Shown here: piece after piece, positions 52,801-64,000 of the stretch
How the letters are laid out: each line of letters begins with the position of its first letter
Position numbering within the stretch: the first letter of the stretch is position 1
DNA from: Lepidodermella squamata
Lineage: Eukaryota > Animalia > Gastrotricha
Length of the DNA stretch: 64,000 bases
NCBI GenBank assembly: GCA_047495785.1
Contig: JBLDXI010000003.1
Coordinates: 3,844,001-3,908,000 of the forward strand
Direction of reading: 5' to 3'
Position numbers and translations under genes: made by a program
The notes under the pieces: generated by a model
Database searches by the model: none
Told to the model about the DNA's origin: nothing
Seen by the model: only the letters and a program-made list of their open reading frames with translations

Positions 52801-53404
52801 GGAATTTCGTGGCTAGAAACGTGTCAAACGCCTGAGATTCAAGCATCAAACGGGCAAGTCTAGCCTGTTCGGTCGGGGTGAAACCGTTGTCGACGGGGTT
52901 ACCATGCGCCTTCTCGAATTCTCGAGCCAGCCAAAAATACTCGGCCTCAGATCTCGATCGAACGTGCTCGAACTCCATGGCCAAGGTTCCGCAGTACAGC
53001 GAATCGAGGGTTGATTTAAACGATTTCACAGTGTGGGGCTGAGCTGCAGTGCTTTGGCTGAACAAATTTTTGCAGTTGATTTCAGCCGAGTCTTCAGTCA
53101 AGCCGTAGCGAGTTTGATCAAGCTCGCCAACCTTGAATAACGACTCGCGATTTTCCTGTGACAGAGTCTCCGTGCTTTGTTCAGCATGGGTGATCAACGG
53201 GTTCAATTTCGCGATCCTGTGGCCATGAGCACGGTAGGCGTTGATGAAACGTTGCAACTGAGGGTTGTCCCTTTGCGCCGCGATCTGCTCCTGGGTAGGT
53301 AAGTTGGTCGGGTTCGAGCGAATCGACGGCCTGTAGCCATAACGATCAGCCACTGTTTTGTAGCAGCGGCGAATCGTAGCGAAATTCAGTTTGACAAACT
53401 TCAT
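49852..53404 (-). CDS. DHTKD1: 2-oxoadipate dehydrogenase E1 (DHTKD1), mitochondrial; exons 53404-51984, 51304-49852
   Basis: KRYGGEGAE, GMPHRGRLN, HGDAAFCGQG (ThDP motif), [45 protein letters not shown]. The short N-terminus and C-terminus are DHTKD1-type rather than OGDH-type. Confidence 0.93.
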
Positions 53405-54011
53405 TTCATAAGCTCACTAAAAAGGATAGAGATTTTGTATTCAAGGGATTGATATTGGGGTTGATGGCGGAAAAATCTTAATTTGCTGCTATTTTCCATG
53501 ATAAATTCTCCAAAAAAACTTCCAAAAAAACGCTAATAAATGGATTCTAGCATTTAATTTAAATTTACCTCGAAGCAATATAAAAAAGTAAAATAAAAAC
53601 TTCAACATTGTTCAAACCGTTGGATATGGTTGTCTAAGACAAATTTCGCAATTCAAATTTTCCTAAAGTTTAAATTTAGAGAAAAAAATCGGAGTAAAAT
53701 TTAAGCAGATGTCACGCATTATTCATTAAATTGAAACATCAACGAAATATTAAAAATGTAAAACAGGTCGATAGTTTATTTGGTTTTTTTGGCCAACAAC
53801 CACAACATTGAACAGAAGTACATAGGTAATAATAATAATATTTTTTCGCGGATTTTCCAAGAGCTTCTCGAGTTTTCACAACGCTACGACATTGAAGCAA
53901 AAAACCATCACTCATTCCATGTATACTTTTAAATGAGAGAAAAAATGATTGTAAGAGCACTTAGTTTTTCGATTTGCAAACACCGAAATAGAAAGTTGAT
54001 CGATCGCGCGC

Positions 54012-57000
54012 TCAGTCTTTCTTCTTCGCCTGCGCGCCTTTGGCAGCGACCGGGCCGGCAGCGGCCGAGTCGGCGTCCGGATGCTCGGTCGGCCGGCTCA
54101 TATCGACAGGGTAGAGCCAGCGCTGGAACAAGTAAATAACGAAAACAATATCGTCGCGGAGGCACGCGATGCGGTGCGCCGTCGGCATGGCGATGATGAA
54201 CGCGAACAAATCGTCGATGAACGTATTCAGGGCACGGTAGATGAACACGCGCCACGGCAAATGCGCCACTGATTTCAGACGGTAGTTGATGAAAAGCTGC
54301 GGCAGCATGAAGAGGAAACCGAATGCATACACCGCATTCACCATCGAGGCGATCGTCCAGCTGTACCACGATCGATGCGGCACGTAGAGCAGGGAGTAAC
54401 CGGCACATCCGATCAGCAGCGGAATCATTAGGAGCCCCAGCCATTTCATTGCCTGCTTGTCGTATTCGTCCGTCTGCTTCTCCTCGGCTGACTGCTCAGT
54501 TCGCGAGAATCCGCTCAGACTGATTTTCGAAATATGCAGAGCCTTCGCCAATTTCCATAGCTCAATGCCGAATGACAGGGCCATTGGAACCGTGACTAAC
54601 AACGATGCGGATTCGTCGATTAGATACAGCAAAATTACGAAAGAAGACACCGCCCGCCAAATAATGCCACGGGTCGATATGCCTGATGTATTGCGGCGAT
54701 TTCGCCAGAATGCTACGTCGTTTTTGAAGGCGAGGAAATCGAAGATTAAATGAAGAGTAGAGACGAAAACGGTGAGAAGCAGCAGCCAGAGACTGGTGTC
54801 TGCGAACAGCGATTTGACATCGTCCAGGTCATGGTCAGCGAAACCGAGCTGTTTCATCGACTCCATCGAGTGATAGATTGTGTAGCGGAAACGCAGTTTT
54901 CCTAACGTGGACGACCTTAGAAGGATTTCCACCGGTAACTCAAGGTCGTCTTGTGTGACTTTCACGAGCTCTTTCTCGCGCCAAACCAATCTGTCGATGT
55001 GAATAGGCGGGACGTAGTAGTTTTTCCCATCAGAGTGGCGGTAACTGTATACCAGGCCGTGAAATTCTTGCGGCAGAGCTTCCATCGGGGGCAGTTGCTA
55101 TAAAAGAAATAGGCCTTTTTTACAACATTGATTTAAGGTGAAATGACATAAAGGACAAAAATTTGACCCTGTGCATCGATATAAAAATATCCATCTCAAC
55201 GAGACTAGCGAACCTTTGAAATTAAGGATTCTAATTACTAGCAAATCTGCTGAGCCAAAAAGATTCCATTTGCGTTGACTCCAAAAAAACAAAAAATTAG
55301 AGAAATATTTCACTGATGGTAAATATCTGCTAGCTGATGGTTTAGCCGACGACCTTGAGGACCTCGATTATTTACATGAATTGATGCCGCAACTAACAAG
55401 GCGTACTCGTCTGAATGCAGGAGAAAGGTGTCTAAAACGAAACAACGAGGACGGTGAGCTTATTTGCCGGGTTCGCGGTCATCCATCGACTGAACGAGGT
55501 TCGCGGCCTTTTCAAGTTTTTCAATTTTATCATCATCATTCACTATTACTGCTACTACTTATGTATTTGCAACCAATTCAACCAACTCAATTCAATGTGC
55601 TGCTTGTCAGGAACTTGTACCGAAACGAGAGATCATAACGAAAATTCGCAAGCAGTCTCTAAACTGTAGCCGATTGTCTCGATTGCGTTGGGTCGATTCG
55701 ATTCCTACGTCAGGAATACTGTGTGAAAGAAATAGACGAACGATTAGCCGGCCTCGCTTTGAATCCTGCAGGTGTTTCGAACAGTACAGATGGAACTACC
55801 ATGACGTTTTGCAAGCACTGCTACGACTCGCTTTGCACAAAAACGCCGCTTGCAAATGGCTGGGCGTTTGGGAAATTACCGGAACAATTTTCTTCATTGT
55901 CTTGGGCGGAACGAAAGAAGACTTCACTCGTTCAAATTGCTGCTAATATCCCAATAATTGGCCGAAATCTGCGTAAACAATTACGTAACCACACGATTGC
56001 TCTAGTTGTTACACCCGGTCCTGCTGCTATACAAATGCCCATGGCTTTGGAAGACACACTGGAATTAGCCTGACAATTTAACGAAAATACATAGTTTCAG
56101 GGTAATTCTGAGGCAAAAATGAAATGAAAACCGCTGACCATTAATGCAGCAAACACGCATGCATCAGATCGCCGCCCCTAAACCCTCACACTAAAGCCTA
56201 AACCACTCTCGGTCTGCCCTTGGTAGCAAGGTATCGCAACGACTAACAGCGCGGCGGTAAGAACTTGGTAAAAGAACTTGGTAAATGGCGAAAAACTGGA
56301 CGAAATCGTCCGCAACTGGCTCAAGAATTTCCGCAACGCCTCTGAAGGTAAGGCTCTCTTTCTAATTAACAACACAATGCCTGAAAGGGGGACGTGAAAA
56401 AATTGATTCTTTTGGTCGTTTGGTCGCAGTCGCCCTTGCAACATTAACATCTCATGAACTGGAATAATGGACTGCAAACTTTTTAAAATGATATTTTTGT
56501 GAAATTCACGGCCCAATAAGTTTTTCAGCTGCGATCGATGGTATGGACTACTTATGATGACATTCAACATGGCCAGAAACCATATAGACAGGTCGAAAAT
56601 ATGTGTTTTGTGCGTCAACCTTGGACAGCACGAAAGTGGTCCGCTAATTTCACGAGGTTCTATAGCATCAGTAAACTTATTTCCCATAATGGAGGCTAAA
56701 TTCGTACCATTTATATTAATTAGATAGAAAATGCATCTCGTTTTATGATAGTTGAATTGTTGACACTCACGTGTAGATCATTTGTTAGCAGCAAGTCCAG
56801 TCGCTTCCTCCAATGTGTACAAGTCTGGTTTTTGTTGCCAGCACCGGATTTCCCTTTGCTATCGACAGTAGTCGATGATGAGTTGTCACCGCTGAGTAGC
56901 TGCATAGCATTGGCTTTTGGCACAGCGTATGCCGTGAAAGTATCGCCATCCCACGACAAAACCCTTGGCAGCGAGTCATCGTTGTCGCTAAGAACTCGAA

Positions 57001-57376
57001 CAAGTCCAGCCACCACGAATAAAGTGCCGTTTTGTCGCACCGAAGCAGGGATACTCACATTGATAGATTTCGGGGTAAATTCTTCAATAAAACCAGTTTC
57101 AGGGTCAAGTTGTAGGGGTATCGAAGTGACCGATTTCTGCTTGAGTAAAATCGACGAGTCAACATCGTGTCGTGGCGAAAATGCGACACGAATTTCGAGT
57201 TTTGGGGGATTTTTCTTCGCCAGCAAAATCGACTCGATACATCGCGATTTGCCATTAACCACGTCTTTTTCTTCACACGCCGGAGATTTAAAGAGCACGT
57301 ACAAGCTCGATGCGGTATATGAAAAATAAACGAAGCCTAAAGCGAGTAGAATATTTGAAAGGCTCAGCAGTGTCAT
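54012..57376 (-). CDS. CLPTM1L: CLPTM1-like protein (lipid scramblase); exons 57376-56771, 55097-54012
   Basis: SMKQLGFADHDLDDVKSLFADTSLWLL, FDFLAFKNDVAFW, FGFLFMLPQLFINYRLKSVAHLPW, NTFIDDLFAFIIAMPTAHRIACLRDD, QRWLYPVD; KKKD ER-retrieval-type tail. Confidence 0.93.
55596..56073 (+). mobile_element. Degenerate Helitron-like fragment (Cys-rich/DUF6570-type region N-terminal to Rep) in the CLPTM1L intron
   Basis: CAACQELV...(frameshift)...DERLAGLALNPAGV..CKHCYDSL..TPLANGWAFGKLP..LSWAE..QLRNHTIAL..GPAAIQMP follows the pattern of Helitron Rep-upstream regions; frameshifted and truncated. Confidence 0.65.
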
Positions 57377-57401
57377 TTCTAGGGTCTCTCAGAAGATTTA
57401 T

Positions 57402-57679
57402 TCACGACGGCTCAGCTTTTTTCGCTTGTCGTTCCAGGTCACGTTTTACTCCTAATCGAAGTTGCCGCTTCTCCTCTTTCTGCGAAAATATCTAAATTAT
57501 TAATCAAGTTCACTTAATAGCAGAATAATTCAAACCTGTTGGTAATGCACGAAATAGACAGTAACGGCGCAGAAAACGCAGGCGGACGAAAGTGCGATAG
57601 TTGGACCCCAACCACGAAAGATACCTTGCTTTCGAACGTCTTCTGTTTTCAGGTTCCTCAGCGCACCAGTTAATTGCAT
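57402..57679 (-). CDS. PET117: Cytochrome c oxidase assembly factor PET117, 73 aa; exons 57679-57536, 57479-57402 (not in the ORF track)
   Basis: MQLTGALRNLKTEDVRKQGIFRGWGPTIALSSACVFCAVTVYFVHYQQ|KEEKRQLRLGVKRDLERQAKKAEPS*. A TM helix followed by VHxxQ..LRxGVxRDxERQ is the PET117 signature; 56 bp phase-0 GT-AG intron. Confidence 0.88.
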
Positions 57680-58049
57680 CAAATTTCTAGTAAAAACCTA
57701 TACAATTGAAGCAAAGCGGTTTATTGCCACGCGTCTTCAAAAGAACCACAATTTTTCTATGATCATATCATACCGAATAACGAAACGAGAAGGACGCTCG
57801 ATTTGCAACAGAGATTAGAATATATAACAGTAATAAATTCTACACAACTTTTTTGGTTTGTCAGAAAGATTGGTGCAACTTTTTAAAGTCAACATCTCAT
57901 GATCAAATTCGACGACAGAGGATGATAATATTTTATCAGTCTATTAACAGACAAAAACAAGTTTCAAACTGAGCTTCAGCGATTAGTACCACATTTTTAT
58001 GCAGTTGTCGTTATATTAATTATGTATATATAATAATTCTCGAGTGGCA

Positions 58050-61000
58050 TCAGCCGGCATTGATCAACGGAGCAGCAGATTGCGGTGTAGACTGAGACGC
58101 TGATTGGCTCTGATTCGCCGCGGCAGCCGAAGTTGTGACCACAAATCGAAGTTGGTGCTGTAGGCCAGGCGTTTTCAATTGAGCAATAGCATTCTCAACC
58201 CGGCCTCGAACAGCCTCGCCGATATAATGATATTTGAGATGATAGAAAAAGTCAGCGATCGTGTTCACATTCGTTATATGGCTCCCTGAAATGAATTTTT
58301 TTAGAAAATCCTCCTTAACAATAATATGTTTATTATTACCTTGTCTAGCCAGGGTGTCGTCAACTTGAGCGAGTAATTCGTACAAACTGGTAGCCAAATC
58401 GACACACAGCTGGCGATTACCCGGGTCGAAGTTGATTCGGTTCATGTACGGACCGAATAGGGCGAACAAAAACAGCAGTTGCTCCTCGGTGGCGATAAGC
58501 GGGATCAAATGATTGCGCACTAGAACGGCGACCATCATGCTGAGGTGAGCAAAAGTCGCGTGATGCAGCAAGGCGTGGCACAACGCGAGGAGACGGCCGC
58601 ATTTCAGATCGATGCCAGTCGCACAGGGTAGGGTTGGGCTGATGAGCGATGTGGTGAGCAGGTGCACTGGATGCAGCGGGAGAAGGTGAGGCGCGAATTC
58701 CTGCGGAAGTTGGCGGACGATTTGTTCGATGGTAGAAAACGTGGCTGACAGATAGCACAACGGCAGTGAACTCAACAGCAGAGCGACGGCGTTGCACAAC
58801 GAATGTAGGCGACCGTTGCGGTCAAGAGCGGCGTCGCTGTTAGAAAACAGGCGCGAGTCTTCGAGGTTGGTCTCGAAAACAAGTTTTAGGAGCGATTGCG
58901 TGACCGCCTCTACGCCATTCATCGGCTGTTGGTCCATTGCATTTGTCACAGATTTATTTGTCCCAGCGGCGAGACTGGCCATTATGAGATCGATTGATGC
59001 ACAATACAGAGCGTGAGCCGAGGGATTCGCAAACTCGGCAAAACGGTAGTCGATCTGTAAACAAAAATTAATGATTATTATTGTAAAAAAATTAAGATTA
59101 AAACTCACTTCGAAACTGAGAAGTGGGTCAGCTTGCAGAGCCACAAAGATCCGTTTGACGGCATCAGAGCAAACACTGTCAAGATCATTGACATTCATGA
59201 AAGCGCTGTGGTCGAGAAGCCGGGGCGGAAGGGCCCAGGAGAGTTCCCGATGTCGAGATACTACGGCTATAAAATACAAAAAGATAGCCATTTATCATTA
59301 AAATACGAGAATATTTACATGAGACTGTGACTGTGAGCTTGCCAGCCAATTGAAGAATGCTCTCGTTGAAATTTTGGTTAGGATCGACGAGCAAATACAG
59401 CGAAGTGTACAGGAACAACAGTGGTTTTGGGTGAAAAGCGTACAACTGGCCGCAAGATTCGATGATCCGAATTAAGGAGGCAGCTATGCTCGGGTTGGAA
59501 ATCGCTAGCGGCAGCCACCGGTAGAAGCAGTAATCAAGCACTCGAACAAGCCTTAAGCAGCAATTTCCGAAGTAAATCGGCATCGGCTGCTGCGTATCAA
59601 TCTGAGCACCGGCGCTTGGGTCGAAAAGACCGGGTTCTTGAAACAAACTATGGTACTTGGTATGACCGGCAAAACTCTCGCCATCCAACCAATGATTCGG
59701 CGAATAATGAGCAACTGTCGCTGAAATTCGCTGGGAGAGGTCTTCTGAAGACACCAACGCAGCAATAATATTCAACAGCGCCAGATCTTGAGGCGACGAT
59801 GGTGCGACTGAGTACAGCACCATCCCAAGAACAATCCGATCAATCGAAAAAAGACACCGCTGATAGATCATTTCGTTCAAAATCGGAATGTATTTCTGCT
59901 GCGATTGCGCCGAATTCGTCACTTCATCGACTAGGAATTCGATGAAAACGCGTAACGTGATCGAGTAAGGCCGCGATGGTCCGTTCAGACGATCGAGGCA
60001 TCGGACGCAAAACGCCTTTGATGGCCCGCGTTGCTCCATAATCAATTTACAGATCAAACAATAGAAAACTGCAGCAACCAATGGACTGTTCATATGCTGG
60101 GCATAGTCGGCTTTCGCATTCATCGGTAAGGAGGCGTATCTGTTGTATTCAGAGTGAAGAGATCTTTTGATGGATTCGATTTCCTGGGTGGTTGATGACC
60201 CGCTTTGCCGAACCAGCATTTCAATGATGTTTTGCGGCAACCAGGCGGCTAAATATTCCGGCGCAAGGGGTAATAACAAGGAATTTCCGTTGTTACTAGG
60301 CGGGACTGATTTGAAAGCGGAGAACGCATCCCGAGCCCAAGACGAGGAAGGATCAGCCCCAGCGATTCTCATGCTGATAACAAATTTCCAAGCAACGATT
60401 CGGTTAACATCATCCGAGAACGGGAATGCAATCGGAATTTGACTCGACTGATTCGGGGCTTTACCCGGCCCTGCACCGGCTTGGCGCTTCCCGGATGAAT
60501 CACTCATTGGGTACCAAGAACTCAGCAGCTGAATGAATTCCACAGGGGTCATTGAGCCGACAAGGGACAAACAAGCGGTTTCCAACTCGCTATACAACGC
60601 GAAATTCGTAGTTTGAGACGGCATTCCGGCCAACAGGGTCTGCAACATCACAGCTCGATGCGTCAACAACATATTCGGCAATCGGTATGAAATGATTTGA
60701 AGCAACATGAAAGCACCGGTTAAATGCTGCTCGCGCGTCAAATTCGACCCAAGCTCACACAATTTTCGAATTGAAGACGATTCGACGTCATGATATGCAA
60801 ACAATCGTACGTAAGTTTCAAGAAGCGCCGGCGAAACAAAGGTCATCGTGACGGCCTGGCCTTGATTTTGCTGCTGTTGTTGCTGCTGCTGGGCGATTAA
60901 AATGTTTTTCAACGCCTCTCTTAGCCGGAAAAACAGCTGATTCAACAAATTGGTCCTTGTCAGCACGCTGCACAAGTCAAGTCGAGCCATTGACAGAGGT

Positions 61001-63193
61001 CTGATGTTATTCGGAGCTCGCAACGGTGACCAACTCGCGGGTAGGAACAAAAATTGCTGCTGCAGCTGATTTCCGTCCATCGAATTGAAACCGCCTGTTT
61101 CGCTCTGCGGAACTGAAGGAATCGTCGATTGAGCGAGCGAATCGGCGCAAAGCACCGGTAATTGCGAGTTATGGTCCAGAGAAACGAAAGAATTTGACAC
61201 TGCGATGAAGGCTAGATCCGGAGCAGGATCGCCGTAAGAAGACCCACCCCCAGCGGCCAAAGTTCCCGGCCCTGGTACGTTTTTCTGGACGGATTGGAGA
61301 AGATTCTGTAGTTTGTCAACATTTTTTCGAATCGACTCGGGCATCGGAGGGCAGAAGCCGTTATCTGCGTTCACTTTGTGCTTGAAAGCCATCCAAATCG
61401 ATGCAGGAGCGAGTGAGTAAATAAACTCAGCCGGGCCCTGGGGTGGCGCGATTTTTTCACGCGGGGCGTAGTCACCCGACTCTTCATCACTACTGCTACT
61501 TGTCGTGTCATCGTCATCTTCCTCGATTTCGTTAGGGCGATAGTTGTAGAGCAAGTCGTAGACCTCGAAAACCGGCAAAAAGTCATCGGCTTGGTGTTTT
61601 TGTAGGCCGATCGCGACGTACTGAGCCAGCAAAAACATGAGACAGTCGCGGCTGGCAAATATTTCTCCTAGGCGCTTGTACCGATTTCCTCTGATTCTGC
61701 TGCCAGTCGAAGCTGCGGCGAGTATATTTTTCAACTGCACGACGAACAAACAAACAAACAAAATAAATAGCACGATTTCACGCTGAGTAAACAACAAACT
61801 TTTTCAATTAGACAAGCAGCGAAACGCGGAAATTGAACGCCGGGGAATTGATATTTAACGATGATTGTCTGGCTGATCAGATGCTGCCACAAGCGAACTT
61901 CGCCCGATGATACATACGGTTTAGCGGTGGTGTAATCAGCTAATACACCAGCCAATTCCATCTCGACCATCGACGACGAGAAGTTGTGGACAGCCGGGTT
62001 CGGAAGAGCTAGGACTGACATAATCACCTCCTTCGAATACGTATGCTTGAGCAGCCATGAAAACAACCGAATTTGCGGCTGAAGTGCCTCCTTTAAAAAT
62101 GAAATTAAGGAAAAATCAGTTAAAAAAATCCGTCTCACATCACGGTATGGCAATGGTCCATTCAAATGGAAGCGAAGAGTTGTGAATGACAAATGCCAAG
62201 CAGAATAAGAAAGAGCCGAGAGAGAAAGGGCCGAAACTGCGGTGAATCCTATCACTGGATTGTAGTGGAAGCGACCAGTAGGCGTTAGAATATCGGCAAT
62301 CGGCCGAAAGCCGGCCAAAAAAGGGTGAAGAAGCGAACTGAACTTCTGAAATAATCAAAAAATTTGTTATGGAATGCTAACTCTTCAGTGCGGAATGAAC
62401 AAACCCAATGTCTTAGCAGCCTCTCATCGCCTTTAACTGAATTTGCAGCAATGTAGCTGGGAAGGAAATAACTTCTGCGATCAAGCATTCTCGCTATCAG
62501 CTATATCAAGAAAGATTTAAAAATGAAAGACAGAAATAAAACTTCGCCTCACATTATATGTTGCCTTCAGCTGAGGCATAGCTTTCCTTCCACCATCAGC
62601 GTCACTCGCAAAGGCATTGCTCGCTTTTTCTAGCACAATTTTGAGCAACTCACGACAACCCTATAAAGAAAAGAAAATTACCACACCCAAAGACAAAATT
62701 TTGAAATCCACCTTGTAATCAACGTTTGATAAATTATCATCCACAAATCTGAACACCGAAACCCAAACACATGAGTTTGTTGTGGATAGCGCAGTACTGT
62801 TGAGGAGTATTTCGCAGACTTGTCTCGCTGAATAGCAATGGTCAGTGATTAGTCGGCTCAGGAAGTCGAGTAGTACTCCCAAACGGCGGGAAGAATATTT
62901 CCCCGAATAGATTTCCTCAACCAAGCATTTCAACGGAGTCAACCCGACTTCATTTCCTTGACTATTGCAGTTTATCACCAACGTCTTGAATGCTTCCACG
63001 GATAGCTCCCAGCGCCTCAATCTGGATTTTTCATCGACTACCACGAAGCCAGCAAAGGCTTCTGTGACAAAGTCATATTGCTAAGAGAGAAGAAAATAAG
63101 AATAAATTTATATCAATAATTGATTCTTACCGTAAAACTAGCTAGGGCATCTCTAACGCGATCTGGAATTGCTTCAGCGGCTGTTGCAGTCAT
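58050..63193 (-). CDS. MED23: Mediator subunit 23, multi-exon
   Basis: VDYK|GCRELLK, LLDRRSYFLPSY, RDCLMFLLAQY, SPALLETYVRL, ELETACLSL, MPIYFGNCCLR, FHPKPLLFLY, DYRFAEFANPSAHALYCASIDL, IADFFYHLKYHYIG. Confidence 0.92.
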
Positions 63194-63326
63194 CAAAAAT
63201 TAAAATCTACAAGAGATGGAAAGTTCCATTAATAGGCGCTTCAAAATTGTCTTTAATATGAAATCTATATATTCATTCATGATTTTTATCACACAATAAA
63301 AACTAGAGGGCACACAGGGTATCGTG

Positions 63327-64000
63327 TTAGGACAATGCCTTCTCTGCTTCAGCTTTCCGGATCTTTTCGAGTTTCTCACGCAGCTTTGCATGGTGAGACT
63401 TCGATTCTTCTAGATTTCGGTCCACCACTAACCGATCCATGATGTGTTTATAAATCAGCCTGTCGGAGCCAACCGAGAGCGTTGAAATTCCTTCAACCAC
63501 GCGTGAATTAGCTTGTTTTGCTTCCTTCAATTTCCACGGCTTGAAGCGCCAAAATGATAAGAAAACAACAGACTGAGGTAAACCAGAGAATCTCCAGTGA
63601 ATAGTAATCTCCTGTCCATCAATTCGACTAGCTACAACTTCCAATTTTGAACGAGCGTATGAAAGAATAGCACCAAATCTGAAACGCATGATCTTCCATG
63701 CATAAGCGTCGAGGCCTTTGGCAATTTCGACTTCATCCCAAAGCCGATTTTCAAAGTAAACATCTTTCCTGTAAATAGCCCATGGGTGTCTGATGGCAAA
63801 AAACTTTGGTATAGCGAAATTAACCAAGTAGTCATGTAATTTAATGACATGATCTTTCATGTCAGATTCCTCCAGAGGATCGGGATGATCGTTGCTAGCT
63901 CCATTTGTAAGCAAAAAGTCATTGGTGTTACGCTTTGCAGCCACCTTGTTAATATAACGCGAGGTTGACACAATAGCACCGATACCAGGATACAGGATAG
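63327..64000 (-). CDS. C6orf136: C6orf136-like (DUF2358-type) protein, 5' end possibly outside the window
   Basis: IPKFFAIRHPWAIYRKDVYFENRL..KGLDAY..LEVV..ITIHWRFSGLP..VEGISTLSVGSDRLIYKHIMDRL matches the family pattern. Confidence 0.75.
   Translation of the reverse strand, partial: ILYPGIGAIVSTSRYINKVAAKRNTNDFLLTNGASNDHPDPLEESDMKDHVIKLHDYLVNFAIPKFFAIRHPWAIYRKDVYFENRLWDEVEIAKGLDAYAWKIMRFRFGAILSYARSKLEVVASRIDGQEITIHWRFSGLPQSVVFLSFWRFKPWKLKEAKQANSRVVEGISTLSVGSDRLIYKHIMDRLVVDRNLEESKSHHAKLREKLEKIRKAEAEKALS

Noticed and set aside
49852-53404. Calling the dehydrogenase OGDH or a bacterial sucA transfer
   Set aside because: It has a spliceosomal intron, a mitochondrial-type leader and DHTKD1-type motifs (KRYGGEGAE, FFNGAQIIID).
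56178-56687. 169 aa - strand ORF inside the CLPTM1L intron
   Set aside because: No recognisable domain, not needed for CLPTM1L continuity and adjacent to transposon debris; probably a chance ORF.
20252-63193. Two Mediator tail subunits (MED25, MED23) in one window
   Set aside because: They are 35 kb apart on opposite strands among unrelated housekeeping genes, with no evidence of functional clustering.
1-64000. Prokaryotic systems (CRISPR, defence islands), tRNA/rRNA, alternative genetic code
   Set aside because: Spliceosomal introns and metazoan genes occur throughout, no repeat-spacer array or structural RNA was recognised, and TAA, TAG and TGA all act as stops.

Overview
This is eukaryotic (metazoan) DNA from a very compact genome. 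It uses the standard genetic code, has mostly 50-66 bp introns and holds about 20 protein-coding genes. The + strand block is DDX49 (5'-partial), PUDP/HDHD1 x2, RRP36, OSTM1, CABLES, MED25, PPIE, METTL14, a probable secreted WAP-like/dynein-light-chain-like protein, spalt/SALL and a large coiled-coil (possibly FAM186-related) gene. The - strand block is C6orf136-like (partial), MED23, PET117 (absent from the ORF track), CLPTM1L and DHTKD1, plus a third PUDP. Main observations: (1) a five-exon model joins a signal peptide and a 10-Cys WAP-like domain to an LC8/dynein-light-chain-like domain; (2) a 9.6 kb DDX49 intron is almost filled by two antisense Munc13-4/BAIAP3-like paralogues whose C2 Ca2+ ligands are degenerate; (3) same-strand genes lie 25-133 bp apart with unpaired splice acceptors before the ATG, suggesting operons and SL trans-splicing, with PET117-CLPTM1L only 25 nt apart; (4) a 4.6 kb in-frame optional exon extension rich in RPx[S/T]A motifs; (5) METTL14 carries its RGG box at the N-terminus; (6) transposon relics (Helitron-like, Myb/SANT-bearing) lie in the larger introns. 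I recognised no tRNA, rRNA or CRISPR. All homology calls come from remembered motifs; no database search was run.
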